A stretch of 64,000 nucleotides of DNA from Candidatus Abzuiibacterium crystallinum (lineage in GTDB: Bacteria > Omnitrophota > Omnitrophia > Omnitrophales > Abzuiibacteriaceae): positions 1,286 through 65,285 of the forward strand of contig PCVY01000065.1 of assembly GCA_002787155.1 (NCBI GenBank), given 5' to 3'. Every line of letters starts with the position of its first letter. Positions within the stretch are counted from its first letter, which is position 1. The position numbers and the translations under genes were made by a program. The notes under the pieces were generated by a model. The model was not told where the DNA came from, made no database searches, and saw only the letters and a list, made by a program, of their open reading frames with translations. Shown here one piece after another: positions 36,973 to 48,167 of the stretch.

Positions 36973-38511
36973 ATGGACCAGAAAATCTCGAAAGTTTACG
37001 GCGCATCGCCCTACGGCATCCATGCTTTTTTGGTGGAGGTGGAGGTCGATTTGTCTTCCGGCTTGCCGCAAACATCGATTGTAGGCCTGCCCGATCAAGC
37101 CATTAAAGAAAGCAAGGAGCGCCTACGCTCAGCCATCAAAAACAGCGGCTTTATGATGCCGCCTCACCGGTTAACGATTAACCTAGCGCCCGCAGATTTA
37201 AAAAAAGAAGGCCCCGCTTTTGATTTACCAATGGCACTCGGCATCTTAGCCACACACGGCCATTTACGCACCGATGCGCTTCATGAATATATTTTCTACG
37301 GCGAATTGGCATTGGATGGCTCCCTCCGGGAAACCAAGGGCGCTCTTTTGGCTGCGGCGCTTGCCAAAGAACTGGGGAAACCTCTCATTGTTCCAAAACA
37401 GAACGCGCGCGAAACCTCACTCGAAAAAGGTGTGGTGATATTTTACGCCGGCCATTTAAAAGAAGTGATTGCTTTCTTAAACGATGCCGATCCTTTGCCT
37501 CAAACAATCCCGGAAAATCGTGCCGCTGAATCTTCGAAAAAAAATCCGGAAATCGATTTTGCTGAAGTCAAAGGACAGCGTTACGCCAAACGGGCCATTG
37601 AAATTGCCGCAGCCGGTCATCACAACGTCCTTTTTATCGGTCCGCCGGGTGCGGGCAAAACCATGCTTTCACGGCGGATACCGACCATTTTACCGCCCCT
37701 AGATCATCATCACATGATCGAGGTGGCAAAAATTTACAGCATAGCAGGACTTCCTCAACACAATTTCTTTTCAATGACACGCCCTTTTCGCTCACCGCAT
37801 CATACCGTCTCTCAAGTTGGCCTCGTGGGCGGCGGTTCCTTTCCGAGACCCGGTGAAGTATCACTTGCGCACGGCGGCATTCTTTTTTTGGATGAATTTC
37901 CGGAATTTCACCGGCAAGCCATTGAAGCTCTAAGAAGCCCTTTGGAAGACGGCAAAATTCTCATTTCACGGGCCAAAACCAACCTAGAATTTCCGGCTCG
38001 TTTTATGTTGGTGGCAGCCATGAATCCATGCCCCTGCGGCTATTTAACAAGCCGCCGGCATCATTGTCGGTGTAGTCTCGGGCAAATTCAGAAATACCTG
38101 AGCAAAATCTCAGGACCGATCATGGACCGGATTGATTTACATATCGAACTGGCCAGCGTTGAATATCAAGATCTGATTAGCAACCGAACAGAAGAAACGT
38201 CCGAACAAATCAAAGCGCGCGTCATCACTGCCCGAGAACGGCAGGATCATCGATTTCGGCAAAGCCATGTACGTACCAATTCTGAAATGACGCCGCGGCA
38301 CATCAAAATTTATTGTCCGCTCGGCCAAAACTCCAAGCAATTGCTGGAGCGCGCGTTAAAAGAATTGGGTTTTAGTGCCCGGGGTTATTTTAAAATGATC
38401 AAAATTGCACGCACCATTGCGGATTTGGAAGGGGTAGAGAACATTGAAACATCCCATTTAGCGGAAGCGTTGCAATTTCGTTCTCTGGACCGTCAATATT
38501 TAGGAAGCTAA
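36973..38511 (+). CDS. comM: ComM/YifB Mg-chelatase-like AAA+ ATPase
   Basis: VGLPD, INLAPAD, GELALDG, GPPGAGKT, RSPHH, PGEVSLAH, AMNPCPCG, ARTIADL. Confidence 0.92.
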   Translation: MDQKISKVYGASPYGIHAFLVEVEVDLSSGLPQTSIVGLPDQAIKESKERLRSAIKNSGFMMPPHRLTINLAPADLKKEGPAFDLPMALGILATHGHLRTDALHEYIFYGELALDGSLRETKGALLAAALAKELGKPLIVPKQNARETSLEKGVVIFYAGHLKEVIAFLNDADPLPQTIPENRAAESSKKNPEIDFAEVKGQRYAKRAIEIAAAGHHNVLFIGPPGAGKTMLSRRIPTILPPLDHHHMIEVAKIYSIAGLPQHNFFSMTRPFRSPHHTVSQVGLVGGGSFPRPGEVSLAHGGILFLDEFPEFHRQAIEALRSPLEDGKILISRAKTNLEFPARFMLVAAMNPCPCGYLTSRRHHCRCSLGQIQKYLSKISGPIMDRIDLHIELASVEYQDLISNRTEETSEQIKARVITARERQDHRFRQSHVRTNSEMTPRHIKIYCPLGQNSKQLLERALKELGFSARGYFKMIKIARTIADLEGVENIETSHLAEALQFRSLDRQYLGS

Positions 38512-38515
38512 AAAG

Positions 38516-38551
38516 AAAAGAGGCTCGTGATTTGTTTCACGAGCCTCTTTT
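38516..38551. terminator. Bidirectional intrinsic terminator
   Basis: AAAAGAGGCTCGTGA-N6-TCACGAGCCTCTTTT between convergent genes. Confidence 0.85.
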
Positions 38552-38574
38552 GAGTTTTGATCGGAAGTAAAAGT

Positions 38575-39102
38575 TTACGCTTTGCCTAAAGTCTTCTCGC
38601 CCGGCTTCCAATTGGCTTGGCATAGTTCGCCGGTTTGAAGTGCTTTTAACACACGGACCACTTCGTCAATGTTACGGCCAATGCCGAGGTCATTGACCAA
38701 ATACCATCTCAAAATACCGTTTGGATCGATAATAAACGTACCGCGAAGCGCGATGCCCTTGTCTTCCAATAAAATACCGTAACGGCGGGAGACCTCTTTA
38801 GAAATATCGCTGGCTAAAGGAAAGCCAAGTTCGCCTAGCTGCTGTTTAATCCACGCTTGGTGTGAATAAACGCTGTCGATGCTGGCGCCAATGACCACTG
38901 CATTTAACCCGTTGAAATCTTTTAACTTATCGCGGAAACTTGTGATTTCTGTTGGACAAACAAATGTAAAATCAAGAGGGTAAAAGAAAAGAACCACCCA
39001 TTTTCCTTTGTAATCGCTTAACTTAATTGGCTGAAATTTACCACCGTCCACTACTGCCTGCATGGTGAAATCCGGTGCCGGTGTTCCTACTTGCGTTGAC
39101 AT
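38575..39102 (-). CDS. ahpC: 2-Cys peroxiredoxin (AhpC/TSA)
   Basis: FFYPLDFTFVCPTE, LRGTFIIDP, GELCQANW. Confidence 0.9.
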   Translation of the reverse strand: MSTQVGTPAPDFTMQAVVDGGKFQPIKLSDYKGKWVVLFFYPLDFTFVCPTEITSFRDKLKDFNGLNAVVIGASIDSVYSHQAWIKQQLGELGFPLASDISKEVSRRYGILLEDKGIALRGTFIIDPNGILRWYLVNDLGIGRNIDEVVRVLKALQTGELCQANWKPGEKTLGKA

Positions 39103-39283
39103 GACGAAACCTCCTCTGTTACGGTTTTCGGTTCATTGATGCCTTCGATCACTTACTCTTGAACAGTCAATCAGTCCGCTTGAAAAGGGGCTCAGCTTAT
39201 CATGGACCATTTTGAGTGTCAAATTGAACGGAAACGTTTTATCGACTACGTTCAAACGCCATGGCGAGGATCCGAAGTAGCGC

Positions 39284-39312
39284 TTGAACAAAAATTTAAC
39301 CGACAGTATAAT
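39284..39312 (+). promoter_or_regulatory. Sigma70-type promoter of the nuo operon
   Basis: TTGAAC-N17-TATAAT. Confidence 0.6.
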
Positions 39313-39368
39313 GAGATCTTTCAGCCATCATGTGATGGCTTCTTTTTTATCTGAGGGCCTCTGCATTC

Positions 39369-39737
39369 ATGAATGATTCTTATTTTGCTCAGTACTTATT
39401 TTTAGGTCTCTTTCTGCTTGTTGCGATCGCCTTTCCGATTCTTCCCCTGGTTTTAGCTAAAATCGTTGCACCCAAGAAAAATAATCCGATTAAAAATTCA
39501 ACTTATGAATGCGGTATCGAAGCCTCCGGAGATGCCTGGATTCAATTTAAAGCGCAATATTATGTTTATGCGCTCATTTTTATCGTGTTTGACATCGAAA
39601 CCATCTTTATTTACCCATGGGCTGTCGCCTACAACCAATTAGGCTTGTTTGCTTTACTGGCCATGGCTCTTTTCTTATTTCTTCTGACCTTCGGCCTGAT
39701 TTACGCCTGGAAAAAGAACATCTTGGAGTGGAAATAA
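39369..39737 (+). CDS. nuoA: Complex I subunit A
   Basis: [16 protein letters not shown]. Confidence 0.95.
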   Translation: MNDSYFAQYLFLGLFLLVAIAFPILPLVLAKIVAPKKNNPIKNSTYECGIEASGDAWIQFKAQYYVYALIFIVFDIETIFIYPWAVAYNQLGLFALLAMALFLFLLTFGLIYAWKKNILEWK

Positions 39738-39739
39738 CG

Positions 39740-40381
39740 ATGACCCATGCGCCCAATGTCTCCCAAGTTGACCCCGCGCTCAAAAGCGAACTCGCCAAAA
39801 AAGGCATCGCAGTGATGAAGCTGCAGGAACTCTACAATTGGGGCCGCCGCTCTTCCATCTGGCCGATGCAGTTTGGTTTGGCTTGTTGTGCCATCGAAAT
39901 GATTGCCACCGCTTGCGCACGTTATGATATTGACCGCTTTGGCGCTGGACTTTTTCGTGCTTCTCCCCGTCAATCCGACCTGATGATTGTTGCAGGAACC
40001 GTCACCAAAAAAATGGCGCCGCAAGTTGTCAGACTCTATAATCAAATGCCCGAACCCAAATATGTCATTACGATGGGAGCCTGTTCTATTTCCGGCGGAC
40101 CTTTTAAAGAAGGTTACAATGTTTTAAAAGGCATCGACCGCTACATTCCCGTTGACGTTCATTTGCCGGGCTGCCCACCGCGTCCGGAAGCCTTGCTTCA
40201 CGGTCTTATGAAACTCCAGGCTAAAATCGACCATCAAGACATTGAAAAAACCGAATGGTATCAAAAAGGATTGAAACGTGAATTTCCGATCCCGGAATTT
40301 GGGCCCAATGGTCTTTTGCCTCCCTATAATCCGGAAGTTTGGCAGCCGCAGAAACGCAAAGAAATAACCGTGCCGGCATGA
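39740..40381 (+). CDS. nuoB: Complex I subunit B
   Basis: [28 protein letters not shown]. Confidence 0.95.
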   Translation: MTHAPNVSQVDPALKSELAKKGIAVMKLQELYNWGRRSSIWPMQFGLACCAIEMIATACARYDIDRFGAGLFRASPRQSDLMIVAGTVTKKMAPQVVRLYNQMPEPKYVITMGACSISGGPFKEGYNVLKGIDRYIPVDVHLPGCPPRPEALLHGLMKLQAKIDHQDIEKTEWYQKGLKREFPIPEFGPNGLLPPYNPEVWQPQKRKEITVPA

Positions 40382-40839
40382 AAACCACTGAAGAAATCAA
40401 AACTGATCTTGAATCAAAAACAGGGACTTCTATTACAGTTCAAGGTGAGGCCTTGATGGTGCCTAAAGAGAAATTATTTGATGTGGCAAAATATTTAAAA
40501 GATACTCCCGATTACCAAATGGATTATTTATCTTCGGTAACCGGCACCGATTACAAAGACGGTTTGGAAGTTACCTATCACCTTTACTCCATCGCTAAAA
40601 AAGAAGGCCCTGTTGTTTTAAAAACCAAAACTGACCGTGAAAAAGGCGTGGTGCCGTCTTTGACACCTCTTTGGCGCGGTGCGGAGTTTCAAGAACGCGA
40701 AGCATACGATTTGGTGGGCATCCATTTTGAAGGTCACCCCGATTTAAGAAGGATTTTAATGTGGGATGGGTTTGAACACTACCCTCTGCGTAAAGATTAC
40801 ACACAGGAAGATCAGGACCGGAACCCAGAACAATTTTAA
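40378..40839 (+). CDS. nuoC: Complex I subunit C
   Basis: [27 protein letters not shown]. Confidence 0.92.
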   Translation: MKTTEEIKTDLESKTGTSITVQGEALMVPKEKLFDVAKYLKDTPDYQMDYLSSVTGTDYKDGLEVTYHLYSIAKKEGPVVLKTKTDREKGVVPSLTPLWRGAEFQEREAYDLVGIHFEGHPDLRRILMWDGFEHYPLRKDYTQEDQDRNPEQF

Positions 40840-40840
40840 A

Positions 40841-41992
40841 ATGATGGAACACACGCTTATTTCCAAACCAGATTTTGATACCCAAACGCTTGAAGTCAGT
40901 TTGGGGCCGCAACACCCTTCAACGCACGGTGTATTTCGCATGAATGTGGTGTTGGATGGTGAGACGATCGTCAAATTAAAACCCGTCATGGGTTATCTGC
41001 ACCGCAATCACGAAAAGTTAGCCGAGAACATGTCTTATCTGGGCTCCATGCCTTATACCGATCGGCTAGATTACATTTGTTCGATGACGAACAACTTTGC
41101 CTATGCCCTAGCCGTTGAAAAATTGGCGGGTATCGAAGTGCCGGAACGCGCTCAATATATCCGCATCATCATGGCAGAACTCACACGTCTTGTGAATCAC
41201 ACGCTTTTAATTGGATTTTTGCTCAATGATTTGGGTGCTTTTTTTACTCCGGTCCTTTATGCTTTTCGCGAACGCGAAAAAATTTTAGACCTGTTTGAAG
41301 AAGTGGCAGGTTCGCGCATGATGTGTAACTATTTCCGCTTCGGCGGCGTCAAAGCGGATTTAACGCCTGATTTTCTGCCGCGCGTGAAAGAACTCATTCA
41401 AAACTATCCGCGTTTCTTAGACGAATTTGAAGCTTTGCTTTCTGAAAATGAGATTTTAATGGCGCGCACCCAAAAAGTAGGTGTGCTCCCGAAAGAATTG
41501 GCCGTGAGCGCCAGCATCACAGGCCCGATGCTGCGAGCCTCAGGGGTTCCTTATGATATTCGCAAAGTAGATCATTACAGTCTTTATGACCGATTTAAAT
41601 TTCGTGTCCCGATCGGAGAGCACGGCGATGTGTACGACCGTTATTACATTCGCGTTCTTGAAATGAGAGAAAGTATTAAGATTTTAGATCAAGCCGTCAA
41701 AGAAATCCCGTCAGGTGATGTAATTTCAAAAGTTGGAGCCGGTTTTGCCAAAGCGCCGCGCAATTTTAAACCCAAAGCCGGCGAAGCTTACGGCCGGATT
41801 GAAGCACCCAAAGGCGAGCTGGGATTTTTCGTCGTCTCAGACGGAACCAACAAGCCTTACCGTTATCACGTTCGCGCACCAAGCTTTATCAATTTGACCA
41901 TCTTAGAAGACATGTGTTTAGGACACAAAGTGCCCGATGCCATTATTATTTTAGGCAGTATTGACATCGTTTTAGGCGAAGTAGACCGATAA
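40841..41992 (+). CDS. nuoD: Complex I subunit D
   Basis: [31 protein letters not shown]. Confidence 0.95.
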   Translation: MMEHTLISKPDFDTQTLEVSLGPQHPSTHGVFRMNVVLDGETIVKLKPVMGYLHRNHEKLAENMSYLGSMPYTDRLDYICSMTNNFAYALAVEKLAGIEVPERAQYIRIIMAELTRLVNHTLLIGFLLNDLGAFFTPVLYAFREREKILDLFEEVAGSRMMCNYFRFGGVKADLTPDFLPRVKELIQNYPRFLDEFEALLSENEILMARTQKVGVLPKELAVSASITGPMLRASGVPYDIRKVDHYSLYDRFKFRVPIGEHGDVYDRYYIRVLEMRESIKILDQAVKEIPSGDVISKVGAGFAKAPRNFKPKAGEAYGRIEAPKGELGFFVVSDGTNKPYRYHVRAPSFINLTILEDMCLGHKVPDAIIILGSIDIVLGEVDR

Positions 41993-41995
41993 AAA

Positions 41996-42098
41996 AATAA
42001 AAATGAAGAATGGAGAATGAAGAATTTAGGTGACCTCCGGTCATTTAAATGTGCAAAACGCTCCAAAATTCTTAACTTTTCATTCTTAATTCCTAATT
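41996..42098. repeat. 7-mer inverted-arm cassette between nuoD and nuoI
   Basis: AATGAAG AATGGAG AATGAAG AATTTAG ... CAAAATT CTTAACT TTTCATT CTTAATT CCTAATT. Confidence 0.7.
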
Positions 42099-42107
42099 GA
42101 GGATTTT

Positions 42108-42761
42108 ATGTTTGGAATTGGTGTTTTAAAAGGTATGGCAGTCACGTTCAAAAATTTTGTAGAAAGTTACTACAAAAAAGAGCGTCTGACTACCATCGAA
42201 TACCCGGAAAAAAGGCTGGCGGAAAAGGAACGCTTCCGCAACTTTCCTTTTCTGATCTTTGACGAAAAACCGGAAGATCCGCGGTGTGTGGCTTGTGACA
42301 TCTGCGCCAAAGAATGTCCCCCACAATGTATTACCATTGTGCGCGCCCAGGATGCTCAAGGCAAACCACTTAAAAAACCGGCTACGTTCGACATTGATTA
42401 TTCAATTTGCATGAATTGCGGTGTTTGTGAAGAAGTTTGCCCGTTTGACGCTATTTTCATGGATCATGAATTCGAATTGGCCGAATACGGCCGCTTTGAA
42501 GACTTAAATTACACGATTGATCGGTTGCTCAAACCCAAAGAACATTTCATGAAGATACGCCCGACCGATGCCACACGTATTGAAGCCGAATTAAAGAAAA
42601 AAGAAAACGCTAAAAAAGCAGCGGCTGAGAAAGCGGCAGCGGCAGCCAAAGCCAAAGCGGAAGCTGCCAAAACACAAGCCTCTCAAGTACCGGATACGAA
42701 ACCAGAAACTAAACCTAACGAACCCGCTCAACCGGCAGATCCGCCGGCTGAGGCAAAATAA
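42108..42761 (+). CDS. nuoI: Complex I subunit I with Ala/Lys/Pro-rich tail
   Basis: TIEYPE, CVACDICAKECP, CMNCGVCEEVCP. Confidence 0.9.
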   Translation: MFGIGVLKGMAVTFKNFVESYYKKERLTTIEYPEKRLAEKERFRNFPFLIFDEKPEDPRCVACDICAKECPPQCITIVRAQDAQGKPLKKPATFDIDYSICMNCGVCEEVCPFDAIFMDHEFELAEYGRFEDLNYTIDRLLKPKEHFMKIRPTDATRIEAELKKKENAKKAAAEKAAAAAKAKAEAAKTQASQVPDTKPETKPNEPAQPADPPAEAK

Positions 42762-42762
42762 C

Positions 42763-43908
42763 ATGGACCAATTATTCGTTCACATTGATCAAGCGATTAT
42801 CCATTGGGCACAAGCCGTGCTTCCCGATTGGATGGCTGTCATCGTCGCGATGAAAATTCCGATTGTTGCGATCGCCATTTTTGGTCCCGTGACCATGATG
42901 TATTTAACTTTAATTGAACGGAAACTTTTGGCACGCATCCAAAACCGTTTTGGCCCGAACCGCGTAGGAAAATTTGGTTTATTGCAACCGCTTGCCGATG
43001 GCGTCAAAATGCTTACCAAGGAAGATATTGTGCCGGAGAAAGCCGATAAAATCGCCCATTTGCTGGCCCCGATTTTAATTGTGATTCCCGCACTTTTGGT
43101 TTTTGCGGTTCTGCCTTTTGGCCGCAATATGATTGCAGTCGATTTAAATATCGGCGTGTTATTCTTTTTGGCCATGTCAGGCACCACGACCTTATTTATT
43201 TTTACGGCAGCTTGGGCATCACACAACAAATTTTCACTTTTGGGCGGAATGCGCTCGGTCGCGCAAATGATTTCGTATGAAATTCCGTTTGTGCTTTCCG
43301 TCGTTCCTGTTTTGGTGGTCGTTGGTTCATTCTCAACCGTTGCGATCGTGGAAGCACAGCCGGGTCTCCATTGGTTTGTCTTTACCCCGTGGGGTGCCGT
43401 GGGCTTTTTTATCTTTTTTATTTGCGCCGTTGCCGAAGTCAACCGCACACCTTTTGATTTGCCCGAAGCTGAATCCGAACTTGTTGCCGGTTTTCATACG
43501 GAATACAGCGGCATGAAATTTGCTTTGTTTTACATGGCAGAATTTATGAATGTTTTTACGGTGTCTGCTTTGGTTGCAACCGTTTTTCTAGGTGGCTGGC
43601 AGGGACCCATCTTGCCCAGTTGGGTTTGGTTTCTATTGAAAACTTATACACTTATTTTAATTATGATGTGGTTTCGCGGCACTTTTCCCCGGCTGCGGGC
43701 GGACCAATTAATGGGTTTTGCTTGGAAATTCTTGCTGGAATTAACTTTTGTGAATATCATCGTGGCCGCTATTTGGTATGAGATGAGATCTCCGCTGAAC
43801 CATTTGACGGCAGCTGCTATTTTAATTGTAACGATTATTGTCTTATTTCAATTTAATAAAACCGAAATACCAAAAAAGCGTATTTACAAATACGCTTACG
43901 CAGATTAA
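42763..43908 (+). CDS. nuoH: Complex I subunit H
   Basis: ERK...QNRFGPNRVG, AQMISYE, NRTPFDLPEAESEL. Confidence 0.95.
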   Translation: MDQLFVHIDQAIIHWAQAVLPDWMAVIVAMKIPIVAIAIFGPVTMMYLTLIERKLLARIQNRFGPNRVGKFGLLQPLADGVKMLTKEDIVPEKADKIAHLLAPILIVIPALLVFAVLPFGRNMIAVDLNIGVLFFLAMSGTTTLFIFTAAWASHNKFSLLGGMRSVAQMISYEIPFVLSVVPVLVVVGSFSTVAIVEAQPGLHWFVFTPWGAVGFFIFFICAVAEVNRTPFDLPEAESELVAGFHTEYSGMKFALFYMAEFMNVFTVSALVATVFLGGWQGPILPSWVWFLLKTYTLILIMMWFRGTFPRLRADQLMGFAWKFLLELTFVNIIVAAIWYEMRSPLNHLTAAAILIVTIIVLFQFNKTEIPKKRIYKYAYAD

Positions 43909-43960
43909 TTAAGGAAGAATTTTCTCACTTGGGGGCTAACCCCTCTGGCATTCAAAATAT

Positions 43961-44479
43961 ATGGAAGTTCTGACTGCAATTTCAAAAGTCGGCATTTATG
44001 TTATCTTTGGCGTAACCCTTTTGGGCGCCATGATGGCCGTCACGCTTCGAAACATATTTCATGCGGCGCTTAGTTTGGCTCTGACGTTGATTGGCGTAGC
44101 GGCGGTCTTCTTTGTTTTAAGAGCGGAATTTCTGGGCGCGGTTCAAATTTTGCTGTATGTTGGCGGTATTATGATTCTGGTCATTTTTACTGTGATGTTA
44201 ACGACTCGAATCGGAGACCGCACCATCCCGACTTCTAACCACCAGCAATGGCCTGTTTTGATCGGCGCGCTGCTTCTTCTTTTATACTTTGTCAGGATGA
44301 TCGGAAAAACCCCCTGGTCTATCAAAAGCGAACTGGCCGTTGTCAGTGCCGTTCAAATTGGAAAATCTTTGGTAAGCACTTTTATCTTTCCATTCGAATT
44401 AACGGCAGTTATTTTAGTAGCCATCTTAATTGGAACGGTGATTTTAGCCAAAAGCGACGAAGGAGAAGAAAAATCATGA
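43961..44479 (+). CDS. nuoJ: Complex I subunit J
   Basis: AEFLGAVQILLYVGGI, PFE. Confidence 0.9.
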   Translation: MEVLTAISKVGIYVIFGVTLLGAMMAVTLRNIFHAALSLALTLIGVAAVFFVLRAEFLGAVQILLYVGGIMILVIFTVMLTTRIGDRTIPTSNHQQWPVLIGALLLLLYFVRMIGKTPWSIKSELAVVSAVQIGKSLVSTFIFPFELTAVILVAILIGTVILAKSDEGEEKS

Positions 44480-44784
44480 TTCCATTGCATCATATTTTGT
44501 TTTTCTCATCGACTCTCTTTTGCATCGGTTTGTTTGGCGCACTTTCCAGGCGGCACGTGGTTGGCATTTTGATTTCGGTTGAGATTATGCTGAATGCTGC
44601 CAATGTAAACTTGGTCGCTTTTTCGCGCTGGACGGGTTTGATACCTGTCAACGCACAAGTTTTTGCTATTTTTATCATTACATTAGCAGCGGCAGCGGCA
44701 GCGGTGGCGCTTGCCATTGTTTTAACCATTTATCGAAACCGTAAAACTATTTATACAAACGAAATTGACCTGCTTAAATGGTAA
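44476..44784 (+). CDS. nuoK: Complex I subunit K
   Basis: LISVEIMLNAANVN; the second conserved Glu (AAE) reads AAAAAA here. Confidence 0.9.
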   Translation: MIPLHHILFFSSTLFCIGLFGALSRRHVVGILISVEIMLNAANVNLVAFSRWTGLIPVNAQVFAIFIITLAAAAAAVALAIVLTIYRNRKTIYTNEIDLLKW

Positions 44785-46694
44785 ATAACGCATCTACTCT
44801 CATTTGCTTCATTCCTTTTCTGCCGTTGATTGCTTTTGCCATTAATATTTTCTTCGGCAAACAGTTAGGCGAAAAAAGTGCATGGGTTACACTGGCCTGC
44901 AGTACGTGTTCGTTTGTGCTCGCCATGCTGGTCATTCGTCCCGTCTTAAGCGGCGCTGTCATTCAAGTAAATTTTGATTGGATTGTATTTGGCAGCGGTG
45001 CACTTCAATTTGGATTTTTGGCGGATCCTTTGGCGGCCATCATGCTGTTTGTCGTCACATGCATCGGTTCTTTGATCGTGCTGTATTCAATCGGTTACAT
45101 GCATGGTGATCCGCGTTTTTCGCGCTTTTTTGCTTACCTGGGTTTATTCTTGTTTTCAATGCTGGGCTTGGTGTTGTCTACCAACTTAGTTCAAATCTAT
45201 ATTTTTTGGGAATTGGTGGGCGTTTGCTCTTACTTTTTAATCGGTTTTTGGTTTGAAAAAGATTCTGCCGCCAATGCAGGCAAAAAAGCCTTTATCACAA
45301 ACCGCATTGGCGACGTGGGTTTTTTTATCGGGATTGCGCTTTTGTTTTATGGGGCGGGCACTGTCAACTTTACCGATCTCACGCATGAGTATTTTCATCA
45401 CCACCACCAAGCTATCTTAGGTATTGCGGGGCTTTTTCTCTTTTGCGGCGCCATCGGAAAATCAGCTCAATTTCCATTGCATGTTTGGCTGCCGGACGCG
45501 ATGGAAGGCCCGACTCCTGTCAGTGCCTTGATTCACGCTGCTACCATGGTCGCCGCGGGCGTTTATTTGGTGGCACGTTTGTTTCCGCTTTATGAAGCGT
45601 TTCCTCATTCCGCCAGTGTCGTAGCCGTCATCGGCACGACGACGGCTTGTATGGGGGCTTTTATTGCGCTCTCGGCCAACGACATTAAGAAAGTGCTGGC
45701 TTACTCAACCATTAGTCAGCTGGGTTACATGATTGCCGCCATCGGGATAGGCGCCATGAGCGCCGGCATGTTTCACTTGATGACACATGCCTTCTTCAAA
45801 GCCCTGCTTTTCTTAGGTGCGGGTAGTGTGATTCACGGAACCGGAACGCAAGATATGCGTGAAATGGGAGGTTTGTTTAAAGCCATGCCCAAAACAGCCT
45901 GGACATTTTTAATGGCGACGCTGGCCATTTCAGGCATTCCGCCGTTTGCCGGTTTTTGGAGCAAAGATGAAATTTTAACCCACGCTTTTCTGCATCATCA
46001 TCCCGTGGTGTTTGGTTTGCTGTTAGCCGCTGCTTTTTTGACGGCTTTTTACATGTTTCGCTTGGTCTTCATGACTTTTTTTGGAAAAACGCGCGGCCAC
46101 TTCCACGCACACGAGTCTCCTGCCGTCATGACAGTCCCTCTCATGATTCTGGCTTTCTTTGCGATTGCGGCGGGTTTTCCCGGTTCACCTTTCATGCATC
46201 ACTGGTTTCAAGCTTTTGTACTCCCCGGGGAAGCAGTCAAAGCAAATTTTGGTCTCATGATGCTTTCTTCCGTTGTGGCTTTGTCTGCCATTGGATGTGC
46301 TTACTATTGTTACATTGTCAAACCGGAAATGCCAGCCCGCATCACACAAGCCATTAAACCGCTCTATCAAGCATCATTAAACAAATTATGGTTTGATGAA
46401 ATCTACGGCGCGACGGTTGTGCGTTTATTTCAGTGGCTTGCCGGCACGCTATTTTTATTTGATCAAAAAATTGTCGACGGCGCGGTCAACGGTTCTGCGC
46501 GTGTCGGGTTATGGATAAGCAAAATTAAGAATTGGATAGATCAATATATCGTGGACGGCGCCGTCAATTTGGTTGGCGCCATCACGCGTATCACTTCTTC
46601 CATTTTAAGACTATTTCAAACAGGTGTTATTCACCATTATTTATTGGTCATGTTTATTGGCATACTCATGATTCTTTACGGAATCACGAAATAA
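44778..46694 (+). CDS. nuoL: Complex I subunit L
   Basis: WELVG, KAFITNRIGD, KSAQFPLHVWLPDAMEGPTP, THAFFKA. Confidence 0.95.
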   Translation: MVNNASTLICFIPFLPLIAFAINIFFGKQLGEKSAWVTLACSTCSFVLAMLVIRPVLSGAVIQVNFDWIVFGSGALQFGFLADPLAAIMLFVVTCIGSLIVLYSIGYMHGDPRFSRFFAYLGLFLFSMLGLVLSTNLVQIYIFWELVGVCSYFLIGFWFEKDSAANAGKKAFITNRIGDVGFFIGIALLFYGAGTVNFTDLTHEYFHHHHQAILGIAGLFLFCGAIGKSAQFPLHVWLPDAMEGPTPVSALIHAATMVAAGVYLVARLFPLYEAFPHSASVVAVIGTTTACMGAFIALSANDIKKVLAYSTISQLGYMIAAIGIGAMSAGMFHLMTHAFFKALLFLGAGSVIHGTGTQDMREMGGLFKAMPKTAWTFLMATLAISGIPPFAGFWSKDEILTHAFLHHHPVVFGLLLAAAFLTAFYMFRLVFMTFFGKTRGHFHAHESPAVMTVPLMILAFFAIAAGFPGSPFMHHWFQAFVLPGEAVKANFGLMMLSSVVALSAIGCAYYCYIVKPEMPARITQAIKPLYQASLNKLWFDEIYGATVVRLFQWLAGTLFLFDQKIVDGAVNGSARVGLWISKIKNWIDQYIVDGAVNLVGAITRITSSILRLFQTGVIHHYLLVMFIGILMILYGITK

Positions 46695-46705
46695 GGGAGC
46701 TTATT

Positions 46706-48166
46706 ATGAATTTTCCGATTTTGACTTGGTTGGTTTTTCTGCCTTTGCTTGGCATGTTGGCTGTTATGCTCACGCCTAAACAAAATGAAAAGCTGATCAA
46801 ACAAATTGCGACTGTTGTGAGCGCTTTGCTGTTTCTTTTGTCACTCAAGGTCTTGATGGCTTTCAACCTTCATGACGGCGGTATCCAACTGGCTGAGAAA
46901 GTCATGTGGATTCCTCAGTTAAACGTTCATTATTACTTGGGGATTGACGGCATCAGCTTGCCGATGGTGGTTTTAACGGCTCTTTTGTCACTTTTGGCTT
47001 GCGTGGCTAGTTATGGTATTAAAGACCGTGTGAAGGAATATTTTGCGCTTTATCTTTTGCTTGAAACAGGCATGCTGGGCACTTTTTTAGCGTTGGATTT
47101 ATTCCTTTTTTATGTTTTTTGGGAAGTGGTTTTGGTCCCGATGTATTTTTTAATCGGCATTTGGGGCGGTCCCCGGAAAGAATACGCCGCCATTAAGTTT
47201 TTTCTCTACACGTTGGCAGGTAGTTTATTCATGTTGTTGGGAATCTTGGCCATTTACTTTACCAGCACCCCGCAAACTTTCGACATGATTGCACTTCGCC
47301 AAAATAACTTCGCGGCTGGTTTTCAGCATATTGTTTTCTTGGCCCTTTTCTTAGGTTTTGCGATCAAAGTTCCGATTTGGCCGTTTCACACCTGGCTGCC
47401 TGATGCGCACGTCGAGGCTCCGACACCCATTAGCGTGATTCTGGCCGGTGTACTCTTGAAAATGGGTACTTATGGATTTTTCAGGATCAGTTATCCCATT
47501 TTACCCGAAGGCGCTCATTGGTTTGCCCCGTGGATGGGTATTTTAGCGGCCATCGGTATTATTTACGGCGGATTTGTGGCACTTGCTCAAACGGATTTCA
47601 AAAAACTCGTGGCTTATTCCAGCGTGAGTCATATGGGTTTTGTTTTGTTAGGTTTGGCTTCGTGCAGCGCCATGGGAATGAACGGTGCGCTTCTTCAAAT
47701 GTTCAGTCACGGCGTTTTGACGGGTGCCCTCTTTTTGCTGGTCGGCGCACTTTATGACCGGGCTCATACGCGTGATTTAAGCGCCTTCGGCGGTTTGGGT
47801 GCTGTTATGAAAGTTTACGCCGGTATTTTAATTTTTGTTTCGATGGGTTCGCTTGGCTTGCCCGGTTTAAGCGGTTTTGTGGCCGAATTTATGATTTTAC
47901 TCGGCACATTTAAGATTTATCCGGTCATCACCGGACTTTCCTGTATTGGTATTTTATTGGCGGCTTGCTATATGCTCTACACCGTTCAGCGTGTTTTGCT
48001 AGGCAAAGTGAACCCCAAGTGGGAAAAGCTGACAGACATGACCGGCCGGGAAATTTTTACGCTTGCACCGCTCATGATTGTGACGCTGGCAATCGGTGTT
48101 TACCCCATCTTGATTTTGAAATTCATGACACCCGCTATCACAGCCTTGGTAGGACTTTTGTCATAA
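46706..48166 (+). CDS. nuoM: Complex I subunit M
   Basis: FWEVVLVPMY, HTWLPDAHVEAP, LLKMG, AYSSVSHMG. Confidence 0.95.
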   Translation: MNFPILTWLVFLPLLGMLAVMLTPKQNEKLIKQIATVVSALLFLLSLKVLMAFNLHDGGIQLAEKVMWIPQLNVHYYLGIDGISLPMVVLTALLSLLACVASYGIKDRVKEYFALYLLLETGMLGTFLALDLFLFYVFWEVVLVPMYFLIGIWGGPRKEYAAIKFFLYTLAGSLFMLLGILAIYFTSTPQTFDMIALRQNNFAAGFQHIVFLALFLGFAIKVPIWPFHTWLPDAHVEAPTPISVILAGVLLKMGTYGFFRISYPILPEGAHWFAPWMGILAAIGIIYGGFVALAQTDFKKLVAYSSVSHMGFVLLGLASCSAMGMNGALLQMFSHGVLTGALFLLVGALYDRAHTRDLSAFGGLGAVMKVYAGILIFVSMGSLGLPGLSGFVAEFMILLGTFKIYPVITGLSCIGILLAACYMLYTVQRVLLGKVNPKWEKLTDMTGREIFTLAPLMIVTLAIGVYPILILKFMTPAITALVGLLS

Positions 48167-48167
48167 C

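Noticed and set aside
39110-39290. Possible structured RNA or TTGAAC-type operator repeats in the ahpC-nuoA intergenic region
   Set aside because: Irregular spacing and no convincing fold; one copy is simply the -35 element
42789-43448. Long antisense and nested ORFs in the track (e.g. 219 aa opposite nuoH, 155 aa opposite atpA)
   Set aside because: Shadows of well-supported genes, with no motifs or RBS
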